Shown one piece after another: positions 25,674 to 37,484 of a DNA stretch of 64,000 nt. Every line of letters starts with the position of its first letter. Position 1 is the first letter of the stretch. The stretch lies in NCBI RefSeq assembly GCF_006345805.1, contig NC_042998.1, positions 181,598,001-181,662,000 of the forward strand, read 5' to 3'. Below the pieces are notes generated by a model, which was given only the letters and a program-made list of their open reading frames with translations, did not search any database and had not been told where the DNA came from. Source of the stretch: Octopus sinensis (Eukaryota). The translations under genes were made by a program, and so were the position numbers.

Positions 25674-25812
25674 AACAAGTATAGTATTATGGGACACTCA
25701 AGAAAGAAGGAACGAAGGAGGGTTTAACGTTTCGAGCAGAGCTCTTCGTCAGAAACATAGGAAAAGGAAAGATCCAAAGAAGGGAAGACGGAGGGAAAAA
25801 AATCGCCAACAG
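25674..25812 (-). mobile_element. Family E repeat carrying a minimal hammerhead motif at 25722-25756
   Basis: Minus strand reads GTTT-CTGACGA-A-GAGC-TCT-GCTC-GAAAC-GTT-AAAC. Confidence 0.78.
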
Positions 25813-25834
25813 TACACATGCGGTCACATTTTGA

Positions 25835-25868
<34 letters not shown>

Positions 25869-26391
25869 CAATAATACAGTGATTGTTTCTTGTCAGGAAC
25901 AAAAAGATTAATAGGACTGCTATAGAAGTGCTCTATTGAAAGAGACAAATATATCAAACTAAGGTTAAAGAACAAACAAATGCAAGGTCATCCACATAAC
26001 ATTTTATAATTCGTGCATTTAATCATAGTATATACATTTAAACATCCCGCAAGATGGAACATAATTCATCTGTACAAGCAATAAGCATATAATAAGGTGC
26101 GAGAAAAAAGTTCATCACGGTTTAGAGTTAATACTTTAGCGATTCAGAAAAATACATTATTTAAAAAAACATTACAACATCTAGAAAGTAAAAATATAAT
26201 ATAAAGTAATATATAAAAATATATAGGTATATAAAAATATATAAAATATATATATATATATAGGAGGCATATAAAAAATATATAATATATATCATGTAAA
26301 TAAAATAAAAGTTCATCGTTTAGAAATCTTATAAAATTATTCAAGTAAGAGAAGCCTTATAGTTAAAAAAGAGGAAACCATATTTACTTAA

Positions 26392-26471
26392 TCCCTATGG
26401 CCATTTCAGGGGTGTATTATTATGTTTAAAGCACTAAGGTGCATCAAGATAATACCTCCTTCGTCAGGGGA
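26392..26471 (-). ncRNA. Type-I hammerhead ribozyme motif in the PLE terminal region
   Basis: Minus strand reads TCCC-CTGACGA-AGGAGGTATTAT...ATAATACACCCCT-GAA-ATGGCCAT-A-GGGA. Stem I is TCCC/GGGA, stem II is extended with an apical GCAC-CTTA-GTGC hairpin, stem III is the palindrome ATGGCCAT and the cleavage triplet is AUA. Confidence 0.8.
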
Positions 26472-26629
26472 AAAAAATACAGAAAGACAGACATCATCGC
26501 GTACCAGGCTAGCACAATGTTGTGTGCTTTCCTATTGAAGCATTCATGCTCGGATAAGCCCAAAAGAAAGAATTAAAGCAGTAAAAGAATTTTCTTTTAA
26601 AGCAGTAGAGAAATAAGGCGGTAAAAAAA

Positions 26630-27285
26630 AAAAAAATGGGTGTATTAAATTAAATTAAATTCAATTAAATTAAATTGAATTAAATTGAGCCTCCGTGGTT
26701 TCAAATCCTGTAAAAGCTAAATTATTCATTTTCTACAACTTATTTTATTCCTATAGACTCAAAAAAATGAGTGTATTAAATTAAATTAAGTTCATTTAAA
26801 TTAAATTGAATTAAATTGAGCCTCTGTGGTTTCAAATCCTGTAAAAGCTAAATTATTTATTTTCTACAACTTATTTTATTTCTATAGACTCAAAAAAATG
26901 AGTGTATTAAATTAAATTAAGTTCATTTAAATTAAATTGAATTAAATTGAGCCTCTGTGGTTTCAAATCCTGTAAAAGCTAAATTATTTATTTTCTACAA
27001 CTTATTTTATTTCTATAGACTCAAAAAAATGAGTGTATTAAATTAAATTAAGTTCATTTAAATTAAATTGAATTAAATTGAGCCTCTGTGGTTTCAAATC
27101 CTGTAAAAGCTAAATTATTTATTTTCTACAACTTATTTTATTTCTATAGACTCAAAAAAATGAGTGTATTAAATTAAATTAAGTTCATTTAAATTAAATT
27201 GAATTAAATTGAGCCTCTGTGGTTTCAAATCCTGTAAAAGCTAAATTATTTATTTTCTACAACTTATTTTATTTCTATAGACTTT
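26630..27285. repeat. Five near-identical 131-bp tandem repeats inside the PLE
   Basis: gagcctc recurs at 26687, 26818, 26949, 27080 and 27211, a period of 131. Confidence 0.95.
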
Positions 27286-29784
27286 TAAGATTGTAGAAGA
27301 AAATTTATGGATGCAAAAGGGAATCACATCCGTAAATTTATTCAGAATGTGCGGTCCATAACACCTAAGGATGGTAAGTGATTCCCTTATGCATAGCTTA
27401 CACTTGTTGATATTTCTCTTGAAATTTGGGGTTTTAGAAATAATGTACCATTCTTGATGATAATTCTTATTATTTTTCTTCAAGTTGTGTATATGAGATG
27501 CAAGTGTAGTTGAGTTACAGTGTTTGTCGTTAGCAAAAGAGCTCATATGTGATCTATATCTCGCCTTAAAGTCTATCGTGCTACCTATATAAAATTTATT
27601 TAGCTTATCTTCGTCCTTGACTACACATTTATATATAACGTTGGTAACTAGACAGGAACCATCTGAAGGACATAATTCGGGTTTTCTACAGTTACATGTC
27701 TTTGCAGGGCCTTTCCTAGTTTTATTCCTATTGTTACCTTTACTTATTGTATCTCTAGTTCCAGACGGGTTTCCCTCTTTCATTCCATCAAATCTTCCCT
27801 TATTACATGGGTTCGATATACCCGGTAAAGGCAGACTGCTTGTAGCATTGGCATTAGGCGTTACAAGATTATCATACGCAGTTCCTTGGTCATCCTCAAA
27901 GGAACTTTTTCCGCTATTCCACCCAGCAAGCTTGCTTCTATTGATTGAAGCAATGATGGAAGCAAAGTTAGGCATTACAGAGTAAGAGAATTTTATCGTT
28001 GACTTGTTGCAGATGCTATAGTATTTATGATTCTTTGGGAAGTTCTCCTTCTGAATTCTAAAGAACATTTTTGGTAAATTCCTTACTCTAAGGGAGAAAG
28101 GGGGAGTGAACCAAACAACTCCCCTTATTCTAGACCGTGAACCTCCCGTTTTGTTTAACTCCTATTCAGAATTATTAATTTTCTCATACCTGTACCTATT
28201 GCGAGTATCCCTAAACATATTGCTATTCAAAGGCCTCTTATTATTGCAGTTGGGGGGTTCTCTGCATTTATTTATAGTATTTGTAACGTGCTTAATTGGC
28301 AAACCAGCCATCTTGTTTTTGAGTCTAGTATTAAGGATAGAAAATATTTTAGACTTGAAACCACTTAAAATTAGGGCATTATTATACACCGGTGCATGCT
28401 GTTCAAAAATCTTTTCATTCGCAGATAAATTAGATATTCTAGTTGAAATCGCAGTTATGATGCTGTCTATTGTGGATTTTGGGTGATTGGATGATACATT
28501 GATATATGATATTGATTTATTAGGCTTATGAAAGGGACAATAGAGACCGGTATTTAGACACAAGGTAACATCCAAAATGTTTACCACCCTAGAGTTAATG
28601 TCGAAGATGATGTCAAGATTTAAAAAATCCCTCAAGAAGCTTCTCAGCGACTTCTTTAATCTGTTTAATTCCGTCTTAGAGAGGCCCAGCACGGCAAAGA
28701 GGGCATCATCCCTATATAATCCACCAGTAAGATTAGGGAAGCTTTTCTTAATTTCCGAGAGTAGATATAGGCCAACTAGGTCAGTCACCTGTGCAGAGTC
28801 TGATGATCCCATGGTTATATCAAAAAAATTTGTTGAGTCGGCTCTCTGCCAGTCACTCTCGTTATAGGAGATAAGTGTTTCTCTTGCCGCCAAAATTACC
28901 CCTATATCCGACTTAGGTATCTCTAAAAACCTTCTTGCAAAGATTAAGGCTTTGTTTAACAAGATAGGGCTTATAGAGCTATAGTAATTCGAAATGTTGA
29001 ATTGTATGAAATTGAGCTTAGGTTTATCTTTGAGAGAGTCAAACCAAAGTATCACATCCTCAGTTCCTTTCCATAAGGGAAGTTGGACCTTTTCCCTCAC
29101 AATTGGGATAATACTATCGATAATAAATTTGTTGATTCTGCCCAAATCAGACTTTGTCAGACATATCAATCTAATCGAAGGATTAGATAAAAAATCAGAC
29201 TTATGGACCTTCAATAAAGCATGGGGAGTATTTGGAGCATAAGGTTGGGTTCTATCAAGCAGGCCCAAATCAGAGATTATTTCCAAATGATTAGCATTAA
29301 TCTTATTTATAGCATTTTTACTTGCATGTTTATAGCCAGAGTTTAGTTCCTTTAATATCAAGTCGTTATACAAATTTGGTGGTACAGAGTAAATATTTCC
29401 GGTTTTATCGGACAATACATGTAGGTCGAGAGATGATTTCATGGACGATATCTTCTGAGATAGCAGCTTCTGGAATGGATTGGTGTATTTTGAAAATTTC
29501 AAACGCTTAATTAAGTTCATCAGGTCCTGTTCAAACTTGGCAAAAGCTGGGTTGGACAGAGGATTTCTATAGGTTTTAAGGTTAAAATTATTTTTCTCGC
29601 CAGGAATGTTGGATTCATTAGAACTGCTGTCACTCTTCTTATTATTTTTCAAATCAAAGAAGTAGGCTCGCCATCTTAGCCTTTTAATGAATTCCGTGGT
29701 TCGATGGATCAATGATTCCATGTATGCATTGTTCGAGGGTATGGGAATGTTCTTTGTGGAAAAACCTAGACAATGCTTATTCAT
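27250..29784 (-). pseudogene. PLE polyprotein (RT, Cys-rich linker, GIY-YIG endonuclease), 844 codons with one in-frame TAG at 28162-28164
   Basis: The two listed ORFs share a frame, and the gap reads ELNKTGGSRSRIRGVVWFTPPFSLRVRNLPK with no other stop. Motifs: STKNIPIP, SDKTGNIY, DITMGSSDSAQV, GLYRDD, CNCRKPELCPSDGSC, VIY...YIG, CKLC...CIH. RT motif A reads FNI rather than FDI. Confidence 0.9.
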
Positions 29785-30414
29785 TATGCAGCCTATATGA
29801 AGTGCTCAAAAGAGCAAAAATATCAATAATACAGTGATTGTTTCTTGTCAGGAACAAAAAGATTAATAGGACTGCTACAGAAGTGCTCTATTGAAAGAGA
29901 CAAATATATCAAACTAAGGTTAAAGAACAAACAAATGCAAGATCATCCGCATAACATTTCATAATTCGAGCATTTAATCATAGAATATACATTTAAACAT
30001 CCCGCAAGATGGAACATAATTCATCTGTACAAGCAATAAGCATATAATAAGGTGCAAGAAAAAAGTTCATCACGGTTTAGAGTTAATACTTTAGCGATTC
30101 AGAAAAGTACATTATTTAAAAAAACATTACAACATCTAGAAAGTAAATATATAATATAAAGTAATATATAAAAATATATAGGTATATAAAAATATATAAA
30201 ATATATATATATATGTATATATATATAGGAGGCATATAAAAAATATATAATATATATCATGTAAATAAAATAAAAGTTCATCGTTTAGAAATCTTATAAA
30301 ATTATTCAAGTAAGAGAAGCCTTATAGTTAAAAAAGAGGAAACTGTATTTACGGATGACCTTGCATTTGTTTGTTCTTTAACTTTAGTTTGATATATATA
30401 TATATATATATATA

Positions 30415-32410
30415 TCATCATCATCATCATCATCATTTAACGTCCGCTCTCCATGCTAGCATGGGTTGGACGGTTCAACTGGGGTCTGGGGAGCCCGAAA
30501 GCTGCACCAGTCCAGTCAGATCTGGCAGTGTTTCTACAGCTGGATGCCCTTCCTAACGCCAACCACTCCGAGAGTGTAGTGGGTGATTTTATGTGCCACC
30601 GACACAGGTGCCAGACGAGGCTGACAAATGGCCACGCTCGGATGGTGTTTTTATGTGCCACCGACACAGGTGCCAGACGAGGCTGGCAGACGGCCACGCT
30701 CGGATGGTGTTTTTATGTGCCACCGACACAGGTGCCAGACGAGGCTGGCAGACGGCCACGCTCGGATGGTGTTTTTATGTGCCACCGACACAGGTGCCAG
30801 ACGAGGCTGGCAGACGGCCACGCTCGGATGGTGTTTTTATGTGCCACCGACACAGGTGCCAGATGAGGCTGGCAAACGGCCACGATCGGATGGTGCTTGT
30901 TACGTGCCCACACCACGGAGGCCAGTCGATGCGGTACTGGCTACGGCCACGTTCGGATGGTTTTCTTATGTGCCACGTGCCACCGGCACTGGTACCACAA
31001 AGATACAAATTCCATTGATGTTCATCTATTTTGATTTGTTTTGATTTGATTTGATTTTCACTTGCCTCAACAGGTCTTCACAAGTGTCAAAAGAAGGAAG
31101 GTATGCACAGGTGGACTGACTACGTCCCAGGTAGGGGCCATGGGTTATGGCCTGACTAGTCTTGGCGGGTCTTCGGATGGTGTTTTTATGTGCCACCGAC
31201 ACAGGTGCTAGATGAGGCTGGCGAACGGCCACGATCGGATGGTGTTTGTCATGTGCCCACCGCACTGACTACGGCACTGATGGATTTCTTGTGTGCCACA
31301 GGCACTGGTACCACAAGATACAAATTCCATTGATGTTCATCTATTTTGTCTATTTTGATTTGATTTGATTTGATTTTCACTTGCCTCAACCGGTCTTCAC
31401 AAGTGTCACAAGAAGGAAGGAAGGTATGCACAGGTGGACTGACTAGTCTTGCCGGGTCTTCGGAAGGTGTTTTTATGTGCCACCGACACAGGTGCCAGAT
31501 GAGGCTGGCGAACGGCCATGATCAGATGGTGTTTGTTACGTGCCCACAGCACGGAGGCCGGTCGATGCGGAACTGGCTACGGCCACGTTCGGATGGTTCT
31601 CATGTGTGCCACCGGCACTGGTACCACAAAGTGTGTGCCACCGGCACTGGTACCACAAAGATACAGATTCCATTGATGTTCATCTATTTTGATTTGTTTT
31701 GATTGATTTTCACTTGCCTCAACAGGTCTTCACAAGTGTCACAAGAAGGAAGGAAGGTATGCACAGGTGGACTGACTACGTCCCAGGTAGGGGCCATGGG
31801 TTATGGCCTGACTAGTCTTGCCGGGTCTTCGGATGGTGTTTTTATGTGCCACCGACACAGGTGCTAGATGAGGCTTCCCACAGCACGGAGGCCAGTCGAT
31901 GTGGTACTGGCTACGGCCACGTTCGGATGGTTTTCTTGTGTGCCACAGGCACTGGTACCACAAAGATACAAATTCCATTGATGTTCATCTATTTTGATTG
32001 ATTTTCACTTGCCTCAGCAGGTCTTCACAAGTGTCACAAGAAGGAAGGTATGCACAGGTGGATCGACTACGTCCCAGGTAGGGGCCACGGGATATGGCCT
32101 GACTAGTCCTGCCGGGTCCTCTCATGCACAGCACACTTCCATAGGACTCGGTCTTCAGTCATTTCCTTGGTGAGACCTAAAGTTCGAAGGTCGTGTTTCA
32201 CCACCTCGTCCCAGGTTTTCCTGGGTCTACCTCTTCCACAGGTTCCCTCAACTGCTAGGTTGTAGCACTTTTGCACACAACTATCTTCAGCCATTCTCGT
32301 CACATGACCATACCAGCGCAGCCGTCTCTCTTGCACACCACAACTGACACTTCTTAGGTTCAACTTTTCTCTCAAAGTACTTACACTCTGACGATTATGA
32401 ACACTGACAT
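30415..32410 (-). mobile_element. RTE LINE 3' fragment with an expanded, internally duplicated 3' UTR
   Basis: ORF 32103-32375 (ERRLRWYGHVTRM...GRGRPRKTWDEVV) is the RTE C-terminus. Five 62-bp units span 30593-30902 and four ~300-330-bp higher-order units follow. Confidence 0.9.
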
Positions 32411-32428
32411 TACACTGACATTATATAT

Positions 32429-32536
<108 letters not shown>

Positions 32537-33114
32537 TATCAACATCATCATTTAACATCTGCTTAACATGCTGGCATAGGTCAGACAGTTTGTGAAGGGC
32601 TGTGCTGAGTTGCAGTGTCAGCTTTGGTATGGTTTCTATGGCCCAATGCCCTTCCTAATACCAACCACCTGGCAGTGTGTACTAGATGGCTTTTTCATGC
32701 CACTGGCACTACTATAGTTTCTGAGTAACTTGAAAGACAGGAAAAGTACAGTGGTGAGAGTATTTCAAAGAGGTTGTTGGCTTTATGCCATGTGTTGAAA
32801 GGCTAAAATATGATAGAAGTACAAGTACAGGTTTCTTGCTCTAGAGAAGATACCTAGCTTCCCCATATTATGTGAGGATCGGTAGGAGTAGCTGCAAAAA
32901 AGATAAAGGTGATAGTGAAGGAGTGCCAGACCAAACTCAGAAGAAGGTGAGCATAAAAGAGAATACAGACAGTAGATCAGAGTGGGGAGAAGAGTGGGGT
33001 GTAGTTTCATAAGAGTGTAATGGGAGGGTAACAGATGGTTAGAGATAGAGGTAGAGGTGAACATAGTGAGTGATGAAAAAGATTGGAGATATGGTTGATG
33101 GGAAATATAAACAT

Positions 33115-33510
33115 CATCATCATTGTTTAGCGTCCACTTTCCATGCTAGCATGGGTTGGACGGTTCAACTGGGGTCTGGGAAGCCAGAAGGCTGCACCAG
33201 GCCCAGTCTGACCTGGCAATGTTTCTACGGCTGGATGCCCTTCCTAATGCCAACCACTCCATGAGTGTAGTGGGTGCTTTTTACGTGCCACCGGCACAGG
33301 TGCCAGACGAGGCTGGCAAACGGCCACAATCGGATGGTGCTTTTTATGCGCCACCGGCATTGGGGCCAGGCGAGGCTGGCAACGGCCACGATCGGATGGT
33401 GCTTTTTACGTGCCACCGTCACGAGGCCAGTCGGGGCGGCACTGGCAACGGCCACGTTCGGATGGTTCTCTTACGTACCACCGGCACTGGTATCACAGCT
33501 GCAATTTCCA
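33115..33510 (-). mobile_element. RTE LINE 3' tail
   Basis: catcatcat...ttccatgctagcatgggttggacgg followed by gtgccacc repeats. Confidence 0.85.
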
Positions 33511-33789
33511 TAGTCGGGGTAAGGTGAAAGAGATAGAAGTGGCTCAGGAAGGGCGGTGGACCAGAAGGTAGGAATATGATGAGCAAATATGATGTGCAAG
33601 ATGTAAGAGTGGTGAGAAGAGAGACGTAGAGGTACATAAGGGTAGCTATCTTGAGTGGGACATGATGACAGATATGAGAGGGCGTTGAGAATGATAGCAG
33701 ATATGTGAGGTGTTAAGATGGAGTAAGGCAGAAGAGAGAGATACATGAAGATGCAGAAAGGAAGTGAGTTTGGAAAATAAGTCAATCTG

Positions 33790-34200
33790 TACCAATAATA
33801 GTTTTGACACAAGGCCGGCAATTTTGAGAGAGGGGGTAAGTTGATCACATCGACTGGCAGAAATGTTAGCACGCCGAGTGAAATGCGTAGCCGTATTTCG
33901 TCTGTCGTTATGTTGTGAGTTCAAATTCCGCCAAGGTCGACTTTGCCTTCCATCCTTTCGGGGTCGATAAATTAAGTACCAGTTACGCACTGGGGTCGAT
34001 GTAATCGACTTAATACCTATGTCTGTCCTTATTTGTCCCCTCTGTGTTTAGCCCCTTGTGGGTAATAAAGAAATAGGTACTTATTTTATCAACCCCAAAA
34101 GGATAAAAGGCAAAGTCAGCCTCAGTGGAATTTGAACTCAGAATATGAAGACAGACGAAATGCTGCTAAATATTCCGCCCAGTATGCTAATGATTCTGTC
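33790..34200. mobile_element. Cluster of SINE family C copies: plus 33856-34075, minus 34076-34200 and a reversed tail at 33790-33850
   Basis: The family C core appears in both orientations. Confidence 0.8.
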
Positions 34201-34911
34201 ATTTCATCACCTTAATCATTAATATTAAGAAGCTTAAATATATGGAGAAACGTTACATTAAGGAGTGGGATATACAATTTCCTGTAAGTCAGACCACCTC
34301 AGGATCCCATTGTGTGGGAAAGTAAGGGAGGGCAATGAGAATAAGGGAGGGAAGGTTCTAGGGGAAGAGGTAACAGGTAGTGCAAAGAAAGGAGGGGAGT
34401 AATATGCAGCCGACATTTATGCATACATTAATGTGTGGGAGGCGGGGTCATCATCATGATCATCGTTTAATGTCTGACTTTACCGCTGGCATGTGTTGGA
34501 CAGTTTGATAGAATCTGATGAGTCTGACACCGACATTATACCCAGCATCTGTTTTGGTAGGGCTTTTTTTTTTTATGGCTGGATGTCCGTCCTTACAACA
34601 ACCATTATACAGAATAATTTGGATGTTTTTTTTTGTTTTTGTTTTTTTTTGTGGCAACAGCACAAGTGAAGATTGCCTTATAAATTTTCAAGGTTAAGTG
34701 CCTAAAGTGACTCCGATAACTGAGGAAGAATAGAACAAAAAGAGTGTGTGGATTCTAGGGGTACATTTATTGTCGTTACAGAGTGGTAGTGAAGAAATAT
34801 GTCAGGTTGTCTTGTATATAATTTTGCATAAAATACAATCAGTGTGTGTGTGTATGTGTGTGTGTGTGTGTTAAACCAATATTATTATTTTCAAACAAGT
34901 TAATGTTGTGA

Positions 34912-35345
34912 ACCAGCAGAATTGTTAGCATATGAGACAAAATGCTTAGCAGCTTTCATTTATCTTTACATTCAGAGTTCAAATTCCACCATGGTCAACT
35001 TTGCCTTTAATCATTTTGGTGGGGTCAATAAATTAAGTACCAGTTGAGAACTGTGGTCAATGTAATCAACAACACCCCTCCCCAAAATATTTCAGGCCTT
35101 ATGTCTATAGTAGAAAGGACTACTGTTACCATCATTATCAAGGTGGCAGGCTGGCAGAATCATTAGCACACTGGGCGAAATGCTTAGCAGTATTTCATCT
35201 GTCGCTACATTCTGAGTTCAATTTCCACTGAAGTTGACTTTGCCTTTCATCCTTTCGGAGTTGATAAATTAAGTACCAGTGAAATACTGGTGTCAATGTA
35301 ATTGACTAGTCCTCTCCCGCCAAAATTTCAGGCCTTGTAGAAAGG
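34912..35345 (+). mobile_element. Two head-to-tail SINE family C copies
   Basis: gagttcaaatt...ctttgccttt...aaattaagtaccagt occurs twice, and the second copy ends in aaggattattatt. Confidence 0.8.
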
Positions 35346-35552
35346 ATTATTATTATCATTATTATTATTATTATTATTATTTTCCTTCTTTCTTCAAATT
35401 TTCTTCCGTTTCTCGCCGAGTGTTTTCTGTACACTTAGGGCAGAGAAGTTCATTGTATGCATTCCCAGATTACACATGCAAATTCACAGGTAAAATATTT
35501 ATTTTAAAAATTAATAAATAAATAAATTCATGAATGGATGTTGTTGTTTCTG

Positions 35553-35592
<40 letters not shown>

Positions 35593-35776
35593 TATTATTA
35601 TTATTTTCCTTCTTTCTTCAAATTTTCTTCCGTTTCTCGCCGAGTGTTTTCTGTACACTTAGGGCAGAGAAGTTCATTGTATGCATTCCCAGATTACACA
35701 TGCAAATTCACAGGTAAAATATTTATTTTAAAAATTAATAAATAAATAAATTCATGAATGGATGTTGTTGTTTCTG

Positions 35777-35829
<53 letters not shown>

Positions 35830-35910
35830 TACTACTATTACTACTATTATTATTATTATTATCATTATTATTAAGGTATTATTATTATTAATATTATTAT
35901 TATTATTAAG
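35345..35910. repeat. (TTA)n microsatellite region containing a tandem duplication of a ~170-bp unique segment (period 224)
   Basis: 35381-35550 and 35605-35774 read as identical and are separated and flanked by (TTA)n. Confidence 0.9.
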
Positions 35911-35989
35911 GTATTTTAAAGCAATTTTAACAACAATTGAACATTTACTGATGGGAATATTCAATACCGAATACCAAGTCCATGTTAGT

Positions 35990-36400
35990 CTTTGGACTGC
36001 AACCATGCTGAGGCACTGCCTTGAAGGGTTTAGTCGAACAAATCAACCCATTACTTATTTATAAACCTGGTACTTATTCTACTGGTCTCTTTTTGCTGAA
36101 CTGCTATGTTACAGGGATGTAAACAAACCAACATCAGTCGCCAAGTGGTGGTGGGAAACAAACACGAAAACAAACACACACACATATATATATATACATA
36201 AATGCCACGAGCAGTTTTGGCACACACACACACACACACATATATGATAGGCTTCTTTCAGTTACCGTCAACTAAATCTACTCAAAAGGCTTTGGTCAGC
36301 CCAGAGTTATAGTAGAAGACACTTTCCCAATGTGTGATGCAGTGGAACCGAGCCTCAGACCATATAGTTGGGAAGCAAGTTTCTTACCATGCAGACACAT
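35990..36400 (-). mobile_element. Diverged SINE family A
   Basis: Reverse complement of the family A body and tail with many substitutions. Confidence 0.7.
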
Positions 36401-36514
36401 AACATGGAAAATGGATGTTAAATGAAGATGATGATGATGGTGATGATCACACGCACACACACACACACATATATATATATATGCATATCATCATGATGAT
36501 GATGATGATGATGA

Positions 36515-36552
<38 letters not shown>

Positions 36553-36797
36553 GTATGATATGATATACATATACACACATGCATGCAAACACACACATTG
36601 TAAAAATAAATCTAATTCTCTACCTAAACATCATGCTCAGTTATTTTGTATATAATTTTATATAAAATACACCCATTATACTATGTATGTGTACATTAAA
36701 TTGAGGTCATTATTTAAAATGTTATTCTTAAAAGCAACGGAACATTTACTGGGTGTAGAGTCAATTTTTTTAATAAAGTTCATGTTTACTGGGAAGT

Positions 36798-36832
<35 letters not shown>

Positions 36833-36894
36833 GATAAAAATGGTAAGACAACAAAAGAATGGAAGAGACCTCAATATTATGTAAATAGATGAAT

Positions 36895-37030
36895 TTATCT
36901 GTAAATGTAATATGTAATTATCTGTAAATGTAATTATTCGGTAGCTATGATAAAACTCCGAGTTCCAGATGCCGAAACTCGGAGTTTTATCATGGCTATT
37001 GAATAATTGTCACATATTACATTTACAGAT
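36895..37030. repeat. Long palindrome / hairpin element
   Basis: aattattcggtagctatgataaaactccgagtt - 11-nt loop - aactcggagttttatcatggctattgaataatt, with further outer complementarity (atctgtaaatgtaat / attacatttacagat). Confidence 0.85.
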
Positions 37031-37441
37031 ATATTATATATAGATATATATGCACTCACACACTTTAAATATTATAAGTACCTGACAAGGTTTAAGGCGT
37101 ACCTGTAGAAATTTAACTAGCAATTATATGTGCACTGTGAGTCAGAACTGTGCATAAAAATATGCAATTATGATGCTCATATTTTTGTAGTGTGCATTAC
37201 TTGGAATCAGAAATTGAGATGTCTATGTCCAGTTAGACTCATACAGAAATTATTGTCGTATCATCGTGTCACATATTGTTGCATTCTGAATAATGAGAAT
37301 TATTATCTCCAGAGAGAAAAATGATAATCAGTTAATTAGCTTGAACATTGCTGCATACATAACTGAAATATCATTATCATCTGTCTATCTATATAATATA
37401 TGTGTGTGTATGTCTATATCTACCAACCTTATCAATCTATC

Positions 37442-37482
<41 letters not shown>

Positions 37483-37484
<2 letters not shown>

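Larger units (their letters stand above)
25866..30352 (-). mobile_element. Near-complete endonuclease-positive Penelope-like element with direct terminal repeats (pseudo-LTRs)
   Basis: Direct repeats at 25866-26387 and 29821-30352 flank an RT plus GIY-YIG frame. The 3' end abuts the (TA)n tract at 25841-25868. Confidence 0.92.

Noticed and set aside
26630-27285. Regular repeats as a CRISPR array (also 30593-30902)
   Set aside because: The units are contiguous with no unique spacers, the context is eukaryotic and there are no cas genes.
28162-28164. Selenocysteine-type readthrough joining the two PLE ORFs
   Set aside because: The stop is TAG, not TGA, and the RT motif A Asp is also lost, so ordinary decay is the simpler explanation.
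30437-31978. Recurring ORFs with LQLDALPNANH or MCHRHRCQTRL (also 7788, 11086, 33156, 55909, 57727)
   Set aside because: They are incidental frames in the RTE 3' UTR repeat, not a gene family.
35752-36064. Poly-Ile/Leu ORFs resembling membrane proteins (also 35530, 49177, 49489, 49832)
   Set aside because: They are translations of trinucleotide low-complexity DNA.
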